Source: Octopus bimaculoides
Lineage: Eukaryota
NCBI RefSeq assembly: GCF_001194135.2
Contig: NC_068992.1
Span: forward strand, 11,529,700-11,567,365
Direction: 5' to 3'
Length of the DNA stretch: 37,666 bases
The translations under genes were made by a program, and so were the position numbers. The notes under the pieces are model-generated. The model was given only the letters and a program-made list of their open reading frames with translations. It had not been told where the DNA came from and did no database searches. Position 1 is the stretch's first letter. The number at the start of each line of letters is the position of its first letter. Below are positions 23,041 to 35,326 of the stretch, one piece after another.

Positions 23041-23072
23041 TGGTTATCATTATTATTACTATTACTATTATT

Positions 23073-23229
23073 GAACTGGCAGAAGTGTTAGCATGTTGTG
23101 AGCGAAATGCTTAGCAGCATTTCATCTGTTCCTACAATCAGAGTTCCAATTCTGAGGTCAATTTTGTCTTTCATCCTTTCAGGATCAATAAGATAAGTAC
23201 CACTTGAACACTGGGGTTGATGTAATCGA
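23073..23229 (+). mobile_element. SINE family A copy (5' and body)
   Basis: GAACTGGCAGAAGTGTTAGCA..GCGAAATGCTTAGC..CTTTCATCCTTTCAGGATCAATAAGATAAGTACC..CACTGGGGTTGATGTAATCGAC. Confidence 0.85.
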
Positions 23230-24324
23230 CCCTGTTGAAGGGTCTTCTCTGGCAAGTTACTTGGTGACTTCGTCGCAGCTAGTGCTGCAATGTAGAAAAG
23301 CACCCAGTACACTCTTTAAAGGGATTGGCATTAGGGAGAGCATTCGTGATTTCAATTTTCCTTCAGGTATCCTAAGCATTTTGGGGAGCAGGGTACCACT
23401 TTAGATGGTTAATTTAGTTGTCAAGAATAAATATAAAATATTCTGGAAATGTTGCTTGGAGTATGCTGGTTTTCTATGCAAAAGGAGAAATTTATCCTTA
23501 GGAGTGTGAAATTGGTGCTAAACACTGCTTTTAAGAATTTCTAAGGTTTTTTTTGCAAATGGTTTTATTCTTTCAGTATGTCTGTCTTTATATATTTATC
23601 TAACATTTCCAAACATATAAAATCCTTACTTTGAAAATGTTATGCTGGTTGTGTTAAAGAAGATAAGGAACTCATAAATCAAAACATTTATTCAAATTGC
23701 AGCTAAGTATTCTTTGAACTGAACAAATATACAAAATTTACCCTGTTAGATGTGGGGTATTTTTATAATCCTTAAAAATCACATATTTCACAGGATGTTC
23801 CAGAAAAATGGAAAAGAGGAACAGAATGTTTATAGCAAAATCTTTGCAGTTTCAAAACTATTTTTTTCTTTTATGCTTATACAAATAAATTAATTCCAAA
23901 GTAATTTCTATCATAAACGGCTAATTTCTAAAAAGCATCTGTTTTGTTTTCTTGTTCAGTTTTCTCAGATGCTAAACCAAAGTCTTAATGTCTAAACACT
24001 GGCAATTCGGATTTAGGAGAGAAAAAAAAAAGCCAACTTATGAATGTAGATAGGAAAATAAATCATGATACTATAGAAAATAGTGAAGAATGGTAAAGCA
24101 ATTTTGATCTGAAATATATCAGTTCATCAAAAGACTTGTATGACAAGCTTCTTTGAAATATTAACACAGACAGAGGCTTAACTAAACTTGATGTTTATTA
24201 TATAAAAGAAGTACAGGAGTCGCACACAAGTGTTAGTATTTATGTCTTCATATGTATGTGTGGGTAAGTAGTTAGGTTGGTTATAGTCTGGTTACATAGA
24301 GGGCGAACCAGAAATACAAACAAA

Positions 24325-24409
24325 TAGATTGATAGATAGACAGATACATAGGTACGAAGATAGATAGATAGATGAGGAGATAGATAGATTGATAGATAGA
24401 TAGACAAAG

Positions 24410-24482
<73 letters not shown>

Positions 24483-24510
24483 AATAGATAGATAGACAGA
24501 CAGACAGATA
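24325..24510. repeat. (GATA)n microsatellite
   Basis: Visible run. Confidence 0.95.
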
Positions 24511-24714
24511 ATTACAGAGAAAATCATAGAGTAAAACAAACCAGTTTCTCAATTAAACACACAGCTATAAAGTAACGAGAAAAAGCCAGAAAATAATGGG
24601 GTTTCAGAAAGAGATTGCTAGACAGATATAGGTGTTTCATTAGTTTGTACTAACATCAGCTATAGAGACAGATATTTATTTGACTGTCAACAATGATTTG
24701 CTACTAGAACATAG

Positions 24715-24850
24715 TTGCAGATAGTGTGGCTGCATTGAAGAAAACAGCTGCTTCAGAAACCATTCAGTTCTGTTTTCAGTTCCACTGTGTGCTGCCTTGA
24801 GCAAGGGTTTAGTACTATAGCCTGAGGCTGACCATTTCTTTGAGCAGAAT
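24715..24850 (+). mobile_element. SINE family B head, decayed
   Basis: GTGTGGCTGCATTGAAGAA..GTTCCACTGTGTGCTGCCTTGAGCAAG..TACTATAGCCTGAGGCTGACC. Confidence 0.65.
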
Positions 24851-26582
24851 CAAAGTAACAAGAAACTATACAAATTCCATCATACATGTATACATATGTA
24901 TGATCGTCGTCCTCCACCTCCTCCTCCTCATCATCATCATCATCATCATCATCACCATCACCATCACCATCATCATCATCATCATTTTCACAACCATTTT
25001 TCCCCTGTTAACAAGGGCCAAATGGAATTTTGTTGATGCAGGTTTTCTATGGCTGGATGCCCTTCTGTTTTTGTGTACGGTAATATGTATGTGTGTATGT
25101 AGGTCTGCATGGGTATGTGTGTTTATGTATGTATGTATGTATGTGTGTTTATGTATGTATGTATGTGTATGTTATATACATACACACACACACATGTACA
25201 TATTGTTGAACTTGAAGGAGGCTAAACAGCTACAACGATTTCACCATTAATTATGAATTTCAGCTCCATTACAATAGTTATCACTAATACATCTAGTCAT
25301 TTCCAACCTTATTTAAATATTCAGCATATCAGATTCATATGCATATGTACCACGCACACATACGCNNNNNNNNNNNNNNNNNNNNNNNNNNNNNNNNNNN
25401 NNNNNNNNNNNNNNNNNNNNNNNNNNNNNNNNNNNNNNNNNNNNNNNNNNNNNNNNNNNNNNNNNNNNNNNNNNNNNNNNNNNNNNNNNNNNNNNNNNNN
25501 NNNNNNNNNNNNNNNNNNNNNNNNNNNNNNNNNNNNNNNNNNNNNNNNNNNNNNNNNNNNNNNNNNNNNNNNNNNNNNNNNNNNNNNNNNNNNNNNNNNN
25601 NNNNNNNNNNNNNNNNNNNNNNNNNNNNNNNNNNNNNNNNNNNNNNNNNNNNNNNNNNNNNNNNNNNNNNNNNNNNNNNNNNNNNNNNNNNNNNNNNNNN
25701 NNNNNNNNNNNNNNNNNNNNNNNNNNNNNNNNNNNNNNNNNNNNNNNNNNNNNNNNNNNNNNNNNNNNNNNNNNNNNNNNNNNNNNNNNNNNNNNNNNNN
25801 NNNNNNNNNNNNNNNNATATATATATATATATATATATACATACACACATACACATACATATGTATGTATTTATGCATGTATGCATGTTTGTATGTATAT
25901 ATATATGCACACATACACACATATATGTGTAGGAGAGTGTGTGCGTGTGTGTTCGTATGTGTGTATTTGTGTATGTGTTTGTGTGTGTATGCATTTGTGT
26001 GTGTATGTGTGTGTTTTTGTGTGCGTCTGTGTGTGTATTTGTATGTGTGTATTTGTGCATGTGTTTCTGTGTGTTTCTGTGTGTGTGTGTGTGTGGTTAT
26101 TGGTAATTAATCAGTATAGACAAATACAGCAGAATGTTGTTGGTGTCTGATTAACTCACTAAAATGGTAACTGAGAAAGATCGAAGAATAAATCCTCGTT
26201 AATTGATGGCCAACAACATCACAGGAAACCGAACTTTATATTCTTTTTTGTCTTTTTGAGACAAAAATCTCTCTGCTGGTCACCAAATATGATGGAAAAC
26301 GGATATGATAAACTAGAGGATTTTAAGCACATCCGCAATATTTATGGGTGCATAAAAAAGCCATGAATAAATAAATGATAAAAAAAAATGAAATAAAATA
26401 AACATTATTATTCTAGAAACATATTTTATTTTGTATCATTTTATTTTATTTTTAATTATGGATTTCATTTATTTATTTATTATGATGGAAATATCATTTG
26501 AGCTTATCTGTTATAATCCAATACTCAGAGGAGAAAATTACTATTTCCTAAAATTCATTTTATTATTCAACAATGAAATTAT

Positions 26583-26608
26583 TGTTATCATCATCATTGT
26601 CGTCATCG

Positions 26609-26641
<33 letters not shown>

Positions 26642-26880
26642 ACACCATCATCATCATCATCGTCATCATCATCATCATCACTATCACCACCACTACCACC
26701 ATCATCATCATCATCACTCCCACCACCATCATCATCGTCGTTTTCGTCATCGTCATCATCATCATCACCATCATCATCATCATCCTTATCATCATCATCA
26801 TCGTCATCATCATCATCATTGTCATTGTCATCTTCATCAACATTATCATCATCATCATCATCATCGTCGTCACCATCATT
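26583..26880. repeat. Long degenerate (CAT)n/(CGT)/(CAC) trinucleotide array
   Basis: About 300 bp visible; source of the poly-D/S/I/M ORFs. Confidence 0.95.
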
Positions 26881-27074
26881 ATCCAGGTGGTGTACTGCCA
26901 GACTCATTTCAGTCCTGGGCTTGTTTCTAGCATTTAACTGGTCAGCTATGGAATTAAATATTGCTCTCAATTTCCATACCATTATTTTTACTATTCACTT
27001 CTTTTAATAATAATTATCATAAAATGCATAATGGACTTAAATGATGAGTGAATACCAACCCAAATGATTTTAGG

Positions 27075-27222
27075 CTCTGAGTTCAAATTCTACCAAGGTT
27101 GACTTTGCCCTTCATCCTCTTGGGGTCAATAAAATACATACCAGTTGAGCACTGGGGCCAATGTAGTTGATTTGCCTCCACCCCAGAATTTATTGGCCTT
27201 GTACTAAAATTTGAAACCGTTA
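27075..27222 (+). mobile_element. SINE family A copy with (TTA)n tail
   Basis: GAGTTCAAATTC B-box, the family A body, and the 3' GGCCTTGTACTAAAATTTGAAACC end. Confidence 0.85.
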
Positions 27223-27247
27223 TTATTATTATTATTATTATTATTAT

Positions 27248-27335
27248 TGAGCAAGAGAGCAGTGCATGCCATAGAAGTGATACTGGGGTAAAATATATGA
27301 AGCCCAGTAGACCCATCATGACCACCCGTCTGATC
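27248..27335 (-). mobile_element. 5'-truncated copy of element D
   Basis: Aligns with 8605-8675 and has the same terminus at (TAA)n. Confidence 0.8.
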
Positions 27336-27528
27336 AGAGAAGAATGAAAGGCCAGGAATAGGAGAGAGAGGAGGAGGGGATGGCGATAGAGAGAGAGAGA
27401 CAGAGAGAGGAAGAGGAATTGTAAGAGAAAATTGGAAAGGAAATGAAGGAATAATATAGAAGAGAAATGAGAAGGTTGTGAGAGAAAAGGTAGGAGTCTA
27501 CCAGAAGAAAAGATAGCAAAATAATGCA

Positions 27529-27581
<53 letters not shown>

Positions 27582-28199
27582 TAGAGAGAGAAATGTGTGA
27601 AAGACACAAAGAGAAAAATGTAGTGCAAAAGAAAGTGAAAGAGGGAAAGAGACACACACACACACACACACAGATAGACACAAATTGAGAAAAAAACAGA
27701 GACAGACTGTGATAACTGGTAGTATTAAAGACTCACAAACAGCAACAATAATGATGATGATGATGGTGGTGGTGGTGGTGGTAGTGGTGCTGATGATGAT
27801 GTTGATGAAAAGAAACGAAAATAAGAACAATATAATCCTGGCTGGCGATGAATAAGTTGAGAAAGATTTGTTATATTTTGAAAACTATGCTAAAATTAAC
27901 ATGTTGAACAAGCAGCATTCATGCTCATTAGCTCATCCTAACCATGCGTCTACATGTGTGTATGCGTACGAATGTGCACAGATACATGCATTTGTATATG
28001 GATATGTGTGTGTGTGTGCGCGTATGTGCGTATGCATGTGTGGAAGCAAGCGGACGTAGTGTTATTCCATATTATCTTGGACAGCATCAAGAAATCCTTT
28101 AATGCATTATGCTTCCATAGCAATTACTAGAATATATTTCAGTCAGAAAAATTTTTATTTTGGGTTTTAATCATTGAAAATGAAAATAACAGCAACAGT

Positions 28200-28237
28200 A
28201 ATAGTAACGGGAGTATGGTATTAGTATTAGTAACAGC

Positions 28238-28284
<47 letters not shown>

Positions 28285-28310
28285 TAACAATAACAACGAT
28301 AACGATAATG

Positions 28311-28362
<52 letters not shown>
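28200..28362. repeat. (AAT)n compound microsatellite
   Basis: Visible run. Confidence 0.95.
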
Positions 28363-28534
28363 AATTATTCTTCCAGGTTTTGCTTGTTTATTTCCATTTT
28401 CCATTTTATTTGTATATGTATGTATTTGTGTGCATATGTACTCACACATATATATATATACATACACATTCATACCTGCATATATGTATGTGTATATATA
28501 TATGTGTGTGTATGTATTCTTATCTATCTAAATA

Positions 28535-28570
<36 letters not shown>

Positions 28571-28829
28571 AGATAGATAACTGAGCACAAAGTGACATCT
28601 ATGTATATGTATGTATATTTTTGGGTCAATAAGTATATGTACATTCAAATGTAAGCATTTACAACCAAATTATTGTAAGTGTATTGTAAGTGTATATAAG
28701 TATTGCACATACCGACATATAGATATATAGATAAATAAAAACATATATATACTCACACATATGTATACATATATATATATACATATATATACATATACAT
28801 ATATATATATGCATATACATATATATATG

Positions 28830-28887
<58 letters not shown>

Positions 28888-30162
28888 NNNNNNNNNNNNN
28901 NNNNNNNNNNNNNNNNNNNNNNNNNNNNNNNNNNNNNNNNNNNNNNNNNNNNNNNNNNNNNNNNNNNNNNNNNNNNNNNNNNNNNNNNNNNNNNNNNNNN
29001 NNNNNNNNNNNNNNNNNNNNNNNNNNNNNNNNNNNNNNNNNNNNNNNNNNNNNNNNNNNNNNNNNNNNNNNNNNNNNNNNNNNNNNNNNNNNNNNNNNNN
29101 NNNNNNNNNNNNNNNNNNNNNNNNNNNNNNNNNNNNNNNNNNNNNNNNNNNNNNNNNNNNNNNNNNNNNNNNNNNNNNNNNNNNNNNNNNNNNNNNNNNN
29201 NNNNNNNNNNNNNNNNNNNNNNNNNNNNNNNNNNNNNNNNNNNNNNNNNNNNNNNNNNNNNNNNNNNNNNNNNNNNNNNNNNNNNNNNNNNNNNNNNNNN
29301 NNNNNNNNNNNNNNNNNNNNNNNNNNNNNNNNNNNNNNNNNNNNNNNNNNNNNNNNNNNNNNNNNNNNNNNNNNNNNNNNNNNNNNNTATGCATGTGCTT
29401 GCATGTGTGTATGTATGACTAACTATTTATCTTACACTTTATGTTTACATTCCAGTTATAAGCAAAATAAAAAATAAAATTAATGAAACCAAACTATATA
29501 ACAAAAATAATGATAATAATAATAATAATAATAATAACAACAACAATAATAATAATAATAATAATAAGAGGAGAAAGAAACTAAACGTATTATTTCTGCT
29601 TCTATCATGAATATTGGATTAGTGACTTGTTGTACGGCAAAACTGCTCCTGCATCATTTATGCGAATGTAATTCTTATGTCTACACAAGATCTCTCACTC
29701 GTTCGTACACTTACAAATGCACACAAACATGCCTTGGTTCACGCACACACACAGCTACTAACACTACAAGATCGTGCATGTTTGAAGCAATGAGAGTATT
29801 AAACACGTGTGAGTGTTTCACGTGTAAATATATGCGTATTAGAATGATGTGTGTGTGTATTTACGCATCTGGAAGTGTTTGTGAAAATGCACGGGTGCAC
29901 GAGTGAGGATGTGTGCAAGCTTTTGCGCGAGGATAAACACGCACATGTATTTGTATGTGAGCTTTTGTAAACACACGCAGGAGCTAACCTGTTGTGTGCA
30001 TGTGTATGAGTATGGGAAACTGAGTATGTATGCGTGTGTGTGAGTGTGTGCAGACATAGATAGATATGGTTAAGGTATATTGTATGCCTATATGTGTGAA
30101 TTACACAAGTACATATGTGTGTGTGTATGTATGTGTGCATATGCAAGTGAATAAATAAATAA

Positions 30163-30200
<38 letters not shown>

Positions 30201-30204
30201 CATG

Positions 30205-30286
30205 ATCATGATCATCATTTAACGTCTGCTTTCCATGCTAGCATGGGTTGAACAATTTGACTGAGGACTGGTGAACCAGATGGCTA
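30205..30286 (-). mobile_element. Family C 3' end
   Basis: ATCATCATTTAACGTCTGCTTTCCATGCTAGCATGGGTTGAACAATTTGACTGAGGACTGGTGAACCAGATGGCTA. Confidence 0.85.
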
Positions 30287-30473
30287 TATATATATACATA
30301 CATATATATACGCTCACACACATATATATAGAGAAATATTGATACACTGTATATATGTGTGTATGTACCCAGTTATGTATCTATATGTACATGTAGATGA
30401 AGGTATGTAGATACATGTACATATATATGCATATACTCATATATTGTTTATATATATATATATATGTATAGAC

Positions 30474-30522
<49 letters not shown>

Positions 30523-30906
30523 TTCAGACTTTATCTGGCAGAATTACAGAGTCTTGATTAGTGCATGCTTGCTGGTGCACTAAAATAACAATGCAACAAC
30601 ATCAATGCAATGAGAATCAACACGAAGTTGAACCATAATTCTCAGCAGAAAAACAAAAATGGGAAACCACCAACCAAAACATAAAGAAATTCAAAGCAAG
30701 ACTGAACTGCACTAATAATTAGAAGATACGGATGAATACAAAGGATATGTTTATGTTCCTTTTGCAATAATCAAACTATAACCTGATTAGACAAAAATAT
30801 GGTTCTGGTTATAGTGAAGAAAGGCTCTTGGTAAAATATGAAAGGCGGGATCTGAACAATTACATGAGTAGGGATTTCAAGGGTTTATATCATGGGTTCA
30901 TAGCAT

Positions 30907-31095
30907 ACTCTCTCTTTGACTGCGGCCATGCCGGAGCACTGCCTTTAGTCGAGCAAATCAACCCCATGACTTATTCTTTGTAAGCCTAGTTCTTTTTCTA
31001 TCAGTCTGTTTTTGCCGAACCACTAAGTTACAGGGATGTAAACATACCATTATCAGTTGTCAAGCGACATTGGGAGGACAAACACAGACACATGA
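30907..31095 (-). mobile_element. SINE family B 3' half
   Basis: TTTGACTGCGGCCATGCCGGAGCACTGCCTTTAGTCGAGCAAATC..TTGTCAAGCGACATTGGGAGGACAAACACAGAC matches 35355-35518. Confidence 0.9.
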
Positions 31096-31103
31096 ACATA
31101 TAT

Positions 31104-31144
<41 letters not shown>

Positions 31145-32454
31145 TATGANNNNNNNNNNNNNNNNNNNNNNNNNNNNNNNNNNNNNNNNNNNNNNNNNNN
31201 NNNNNNNNNNNNNNNNNNNNNNNNNNNNNNNNNNNNNNNNNNNNNNNNNNNNNNNNNNNNNNNNNNNNNNNNNNNNNNNNNNNNNNNNNNNNNNNNNNNN
31301 NNNNNNNNNNNNNNNNNNNNNNNNNNNNNNNNNNNNNNNNNGAGCAGGGCCCATGAATGATTACTCTTCCCTGCACAAAGCTTTTCTCTGCCATGGTTTT
31401 TTGATGTTGAATTGTTTTTGATGCCTGTGTGACTTTGTTGTTATTCTAAGAAGATATTTTGGCACTAAACAAACCCATTTTTACTTCTGGGAAGAAGCAG
31501 TCCATATTAGTCTGGCTTGTCTCCTTTGATTTGGCCAACATTTCTGATGCACACATACACACACACACTCTCATGCACACACACACTCACATTCAAACAC
31601 ACACACACACACACTCACACACACATATGTGTGTATCATATCATACATATATATATCGTGTGTGTGTGTGTGTTTCTGTGAGGTGTATATCAACGTGTCC
31701 ATGCAAATTAGTATTTATACATGCAAACATATAGGGATGTATATATGTATCAATGTATGTATATACATGTATATATACACACACACACACACTCATACAT
31801 ACACAAACATACTATGCTATAGAACGATAGACATGTATGAAAAGAAAATTAATCCAAAGTTTATAGATCTAATTTGGGAATGTCATAGAAGAGAGAATAA
31901 AGTATTGTCTGCAGGTCAGCATAGTGGAAGAATTATAAATGGGAAAAAGCACTGCCAATATGGCTTTCAAATAATAGGGTGAGAGAGAAACTCACTCTGC
32001 CTTTAAGAATAACTTTTGGCAGAGGCCTATTAATTGTTTCCATAAACACAGCATTGAATAGACCATTGTTATTTTAGCTAAGTTTTTAGGTTGACATTCA
32101 AATATGATATTAGATTTTTTTTGAAGTCCTGTAAGCAGATGTATGCTTAAAAAAAATCCTGCATTTCTTTATAAAAGCTAAATCAAAGTTTCTTTCACTT
32201 TTTCTTTAGTTTCCTTTTCAATTTGTCCTCTTTAAGTTTCATTGTCGTCATGATTGTTGTTGTTATTGTTGTTATATTGTTGTTGTTTGTTGTTGTTGTT
32301 GGTGGTGGTGGAGGTTGTCGTAGTGATGTTAGCATTGTTGGTTGTAGCAATGGAGACAAATGGAGAGAGGTTATGTCTATTTAGTCTGTATTTTTTATAG
32401 GTGTTTCTTTTAGTCAGGACTCTAAGCTCTGTGTGCATATATATATGCGTTAGT

Positions 32455-32612
32455 GCATGTGATGTGAGTCAGTGCATGTTGATGGGAGTCAGTGCCTATT
32501 ATTACCTGGTGTGAGTCAATATCCATGTCATGATGTGAGTTTGTTGTTACGTGCTGGTATGACTCAGTATCCATGAGTGATGTGAGTCAATGCATGGTAG
32601 TGTGAGTCAGGA
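32455..32612. repeat. Degenerate ~20 bp minisatellite with a GTGAGTCA core
   Basis: About seven imperfect units; perfect TGA(G/C)TCA at 32465, 32512, 32560, 32583 and 32603. Confidence 0.8.
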
Positions 32613-32900
32613 TGTAACAATGTGTATTAACTATTTTTGTGATGGGTAAATGTGTGTGTGTGCGTGTGAACATTTGGAGGCAAGTGAACATCTGTGATAG
32701 GGCAGGTATCTGAGTCAGTAAATATGTCTTTGTTTGCGAGAGAAAATAAACACATATGATTGCTTGTATGTAAATAAATGGATGCATAAAAACCTAAGAG
32801 CATATCCAGGTGAACTTTAATAAGTGTTTTAAATAAGCTAAATGACATCTAGAAATATGCCATTCTTCAAACACAATATATTCATTCCTCCCCTTTTCAG

Positions 32901-32995
32901 TGTCATCTTGAGGCATGGGTACAAGAGTTAGGTTGCCTGGAGGGGACATACAGGCCTAGGGACCCAATTCTAATCCGTTCACACTGTGGCTTGCC
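32901..32995 (+). CDS. Candidate internal coding exon, CHLEAWVQELGCLEGTYRPRDPILIRSHCGL(P); product unknown
   Basis: Excellent acceptor TTCATTCCTCCCCTTTTCAG (AG at 32899-32900). Donor CC|GTCAGT at 32996, or alternatively GTAAAT at 33000. Only frame 0 is open, and GC content is higher than in the flanks. Confidence 0.6.
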
Positions 32996-33084
32996 GTCAG
33001 TAAATACATAGTATAAATCCCCAATGCACCGGTTTTCCCCAGAACATATAACTCTGCAAAAATGTCTCTGCCAGTTCCTGTTAT

Positions 33085-33145
33085 TTTCGTCTTTACCTGT
33101 CATCCTTTTCACTTCAATAAAATATATACCAGTAATATAATGGTT
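33085..33145 (+). mobile_element. Short decayed SINE family A body fragment
   Basis: CTTTACCTGTCATCCTTTTCACTTCAATAAAATATATACCAGT resembles CTTTGCCTTTCATCCTTTCAGGGTCGATAAAATAAGTACTAGT at 8379. Confidence 0.65.
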
Positions 33146-34054
33146 TTGATTCTGCTGATTACAATCTTCCACAGCAAAATTTAGCCTTGAGGCTTGTCTA
33201 AACATATCTCTATTATCAAAAGAAAATACAAGACTTCAATGCCAATATTTTACTGCTAATATCAAAATAATTGAATATATGCGAAGGCCAAATTTATAGA
33301 GAAATTAAAACGGTTACTGGTCAGTTTATTCATTGATGTTAACAATTACTGTAGCCTTTGATTTCTACAATTACTGTCAGTATATCATAGACAGGTTTCT
33401 GTGCATGTTTCTTTTCATACATGCCAGTAATGGTATTCTACAAATTTTCACAATTATTATCTTCTGCAGTCAAGCATCCATTAGTGTTTTGTAGCAATGG
33501 TGGGCATTAGCAAAAGAAAAGAAAATACAAAAAACAAACAATTATTCACTTTGGAGATGGAATTTTGGTTTAGACAAGAAGACAATGGTAACGTTTTTGT
33601 CATGAAAGACGTTTCTATTAACAATATAATGTAGAATTAAGAAGGATAGAAAGGTGATTTGCGTGGGCTATCGTCATTTGCACCAGTTCTAGGACCTGTC
33701 CCTTTAAGTACAACTGTCAGGATTAATGTGGTAAAGAGGCACAAAAAGAACAAAAAATAAACAGTAAAATAACGTAATAAATAAACATTAAAAAAAGTGT
33801 TATAGTCTCACTCTCATTCTCTCACTCCTTCTGACTCTAACTTGCTCCCACTCTCTCACTCTCTCTCTCTAACACACACTCTCTCTCTCACTCTCTCCCA
33901 CTCACCCTCCTATATTATATCAGTTATTGTTGTGTATCAGTTCAAATGAAGAATTCTAGGAATAGTGATGACAATGATGACAATGAAATGTCTTTATCAT
34001 TATTGGTAACTGCAGATAATAACCATAATAACAACTGAAGAAATAATAATGATA

Positions 34055-34085
<31 letters not shown>

Positions 34086-34097
34086 TTATTATAATAA

Positions 34098-34248
34098 TGG
34101 GTTTTAAATTTTGGCACAAGCCAGCACTTCGAGGAGTAGGGGTAAGTCGAATACATCGACCCCAGTGTCCAACTGGTACTTATCTTATCGACCCTGAAAG
34201 GATGAAAAGTAAAACTGACCTCGGCAGAATTTGAACTCAAAATGTGAC
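34098..34248 (-). mobile_element. SINE family A copy (3' two-thirds)
   Basis: TTTTGGCACAAGCCAGCAC..CATCGACCCCAGTGTCCAACTGGTACTTATCTTATCGACCCTGAAAGGATGAAAAG..GACCTCGGCAGAATTTGAACTC. Confidence 0.9.
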
Positions 34249-34249
34249 A

Positions 34250-34341
34250 AAATAATAATAATAATAACAATAATGATAATGACGAGAACGACGAGTGTGG
34301 TGGTGGCGGCGGCGGCGGTGGTGGTGGTGATAATGATGATG

Positions 34342-34403
<62 letters not shown>

Positions 34404-34482
34404 AAGAANNNNNNNNNNGAAGAAGAAGAAGAAGAAGAAGAAGAAGAAGAAGAAGAAGAAGAAGAAGAAGAAGAAGAAGAAG

Positions 34483-34512
<30 letters not shown>
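34250..34512. repeat. Compound (AAT)/(GGT)/(AGA)n/(AAC)n microsatellite with a 10-N gap
   Basis: Visible. Confidence 0.95.
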
Positions 34513-34514
<2 letters not shown>

Positions 34515-35134
34515 CCATACTTCCTACTGAACTGAGAGTCATCACTTATAAATGAATACCGTTACTCTTGAAGCAACAACAATGCTTCTGGTTTCTCTGT
34601 GAAGAAAATCAACAATGTTTAAGTGGTGTGAATGCTTAAATTTTGTTTGAAAATTTCCCATTGTATCCAATGGATTTTATATACTTGTCCTATTATTGTT
34701 GATGTTATAATAACAACAACAACAATAATAATAATAATAATAATAATGTTAACTTAATATATCTGCTTTGTACTGATCTTTTCTATAACTGTGATTTATA
34801 TATTCACCTTCAGCCTGGCTTTGACAAGTCAAGGCAAAACTTACCATTACATGTATGTGTGTGGTAGGGTGTGAGTATGGAGAGAGAGAGAGAGAGAGAG
34901 AGAAAGGGGGAGGGAATGAGAGAGAGAAAGAGTGCTTGTGTATCATTGGAAATGTTATTGATAGTTTTGTAGCAGTTTAACAGTTGTTATAGTTACTGGG
35001 CATTTTAATGTTTAGAACAATTATCTAGGGGCTAAAATTTGAAATAACTCTTTGGAAGCCAAATAAACCTATAGCAGCCATCAAAGATATCGTCATCGTT
35101 ATCATCATCATCATCATCATAATTGTCGTCATCA

Positions 35135-35265
35135 TCATTATCTTCATCGTTTTGATATCAAATTTTCCCCGCCTTGCATGGGTCAGACAAAATTATGTTG
35201 AGGCAGATTTTTCTACAGTTGGATGTTCTTCCGTCACTAACCCTCACCGGTTTCTTCACAAGGTC
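35135..35265 (-). mobile_element. Decayed family C 3' part
   Basis: (CAT)n, then TTTTCCCCGCCTTGCATGGGTCAGAC..TTTCTACAGTTGGATGTTCTTCC. Confidence 0.65.
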
Positions 35266-35326
35266 ATACTTTCATTAGTTTATCCAAAGAGTTGCAATTG
35301 AATAATACCATTTGTCTATGAATCTT

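Noticed and set aside
30585-30905. Stop-interrupted plus-strand frame (..RQKYGSGYSEERLLVKYERRDLNNY..)
   Set aside because: Three stops, no splice signals and no recognised family.
32903-33205. 100-aa Cys-containing minus-strand ORF
   Set aside because: Its middle is a SINE A fragment (33085-33145) and its end is antisense to a better-supported plus-strand exon.
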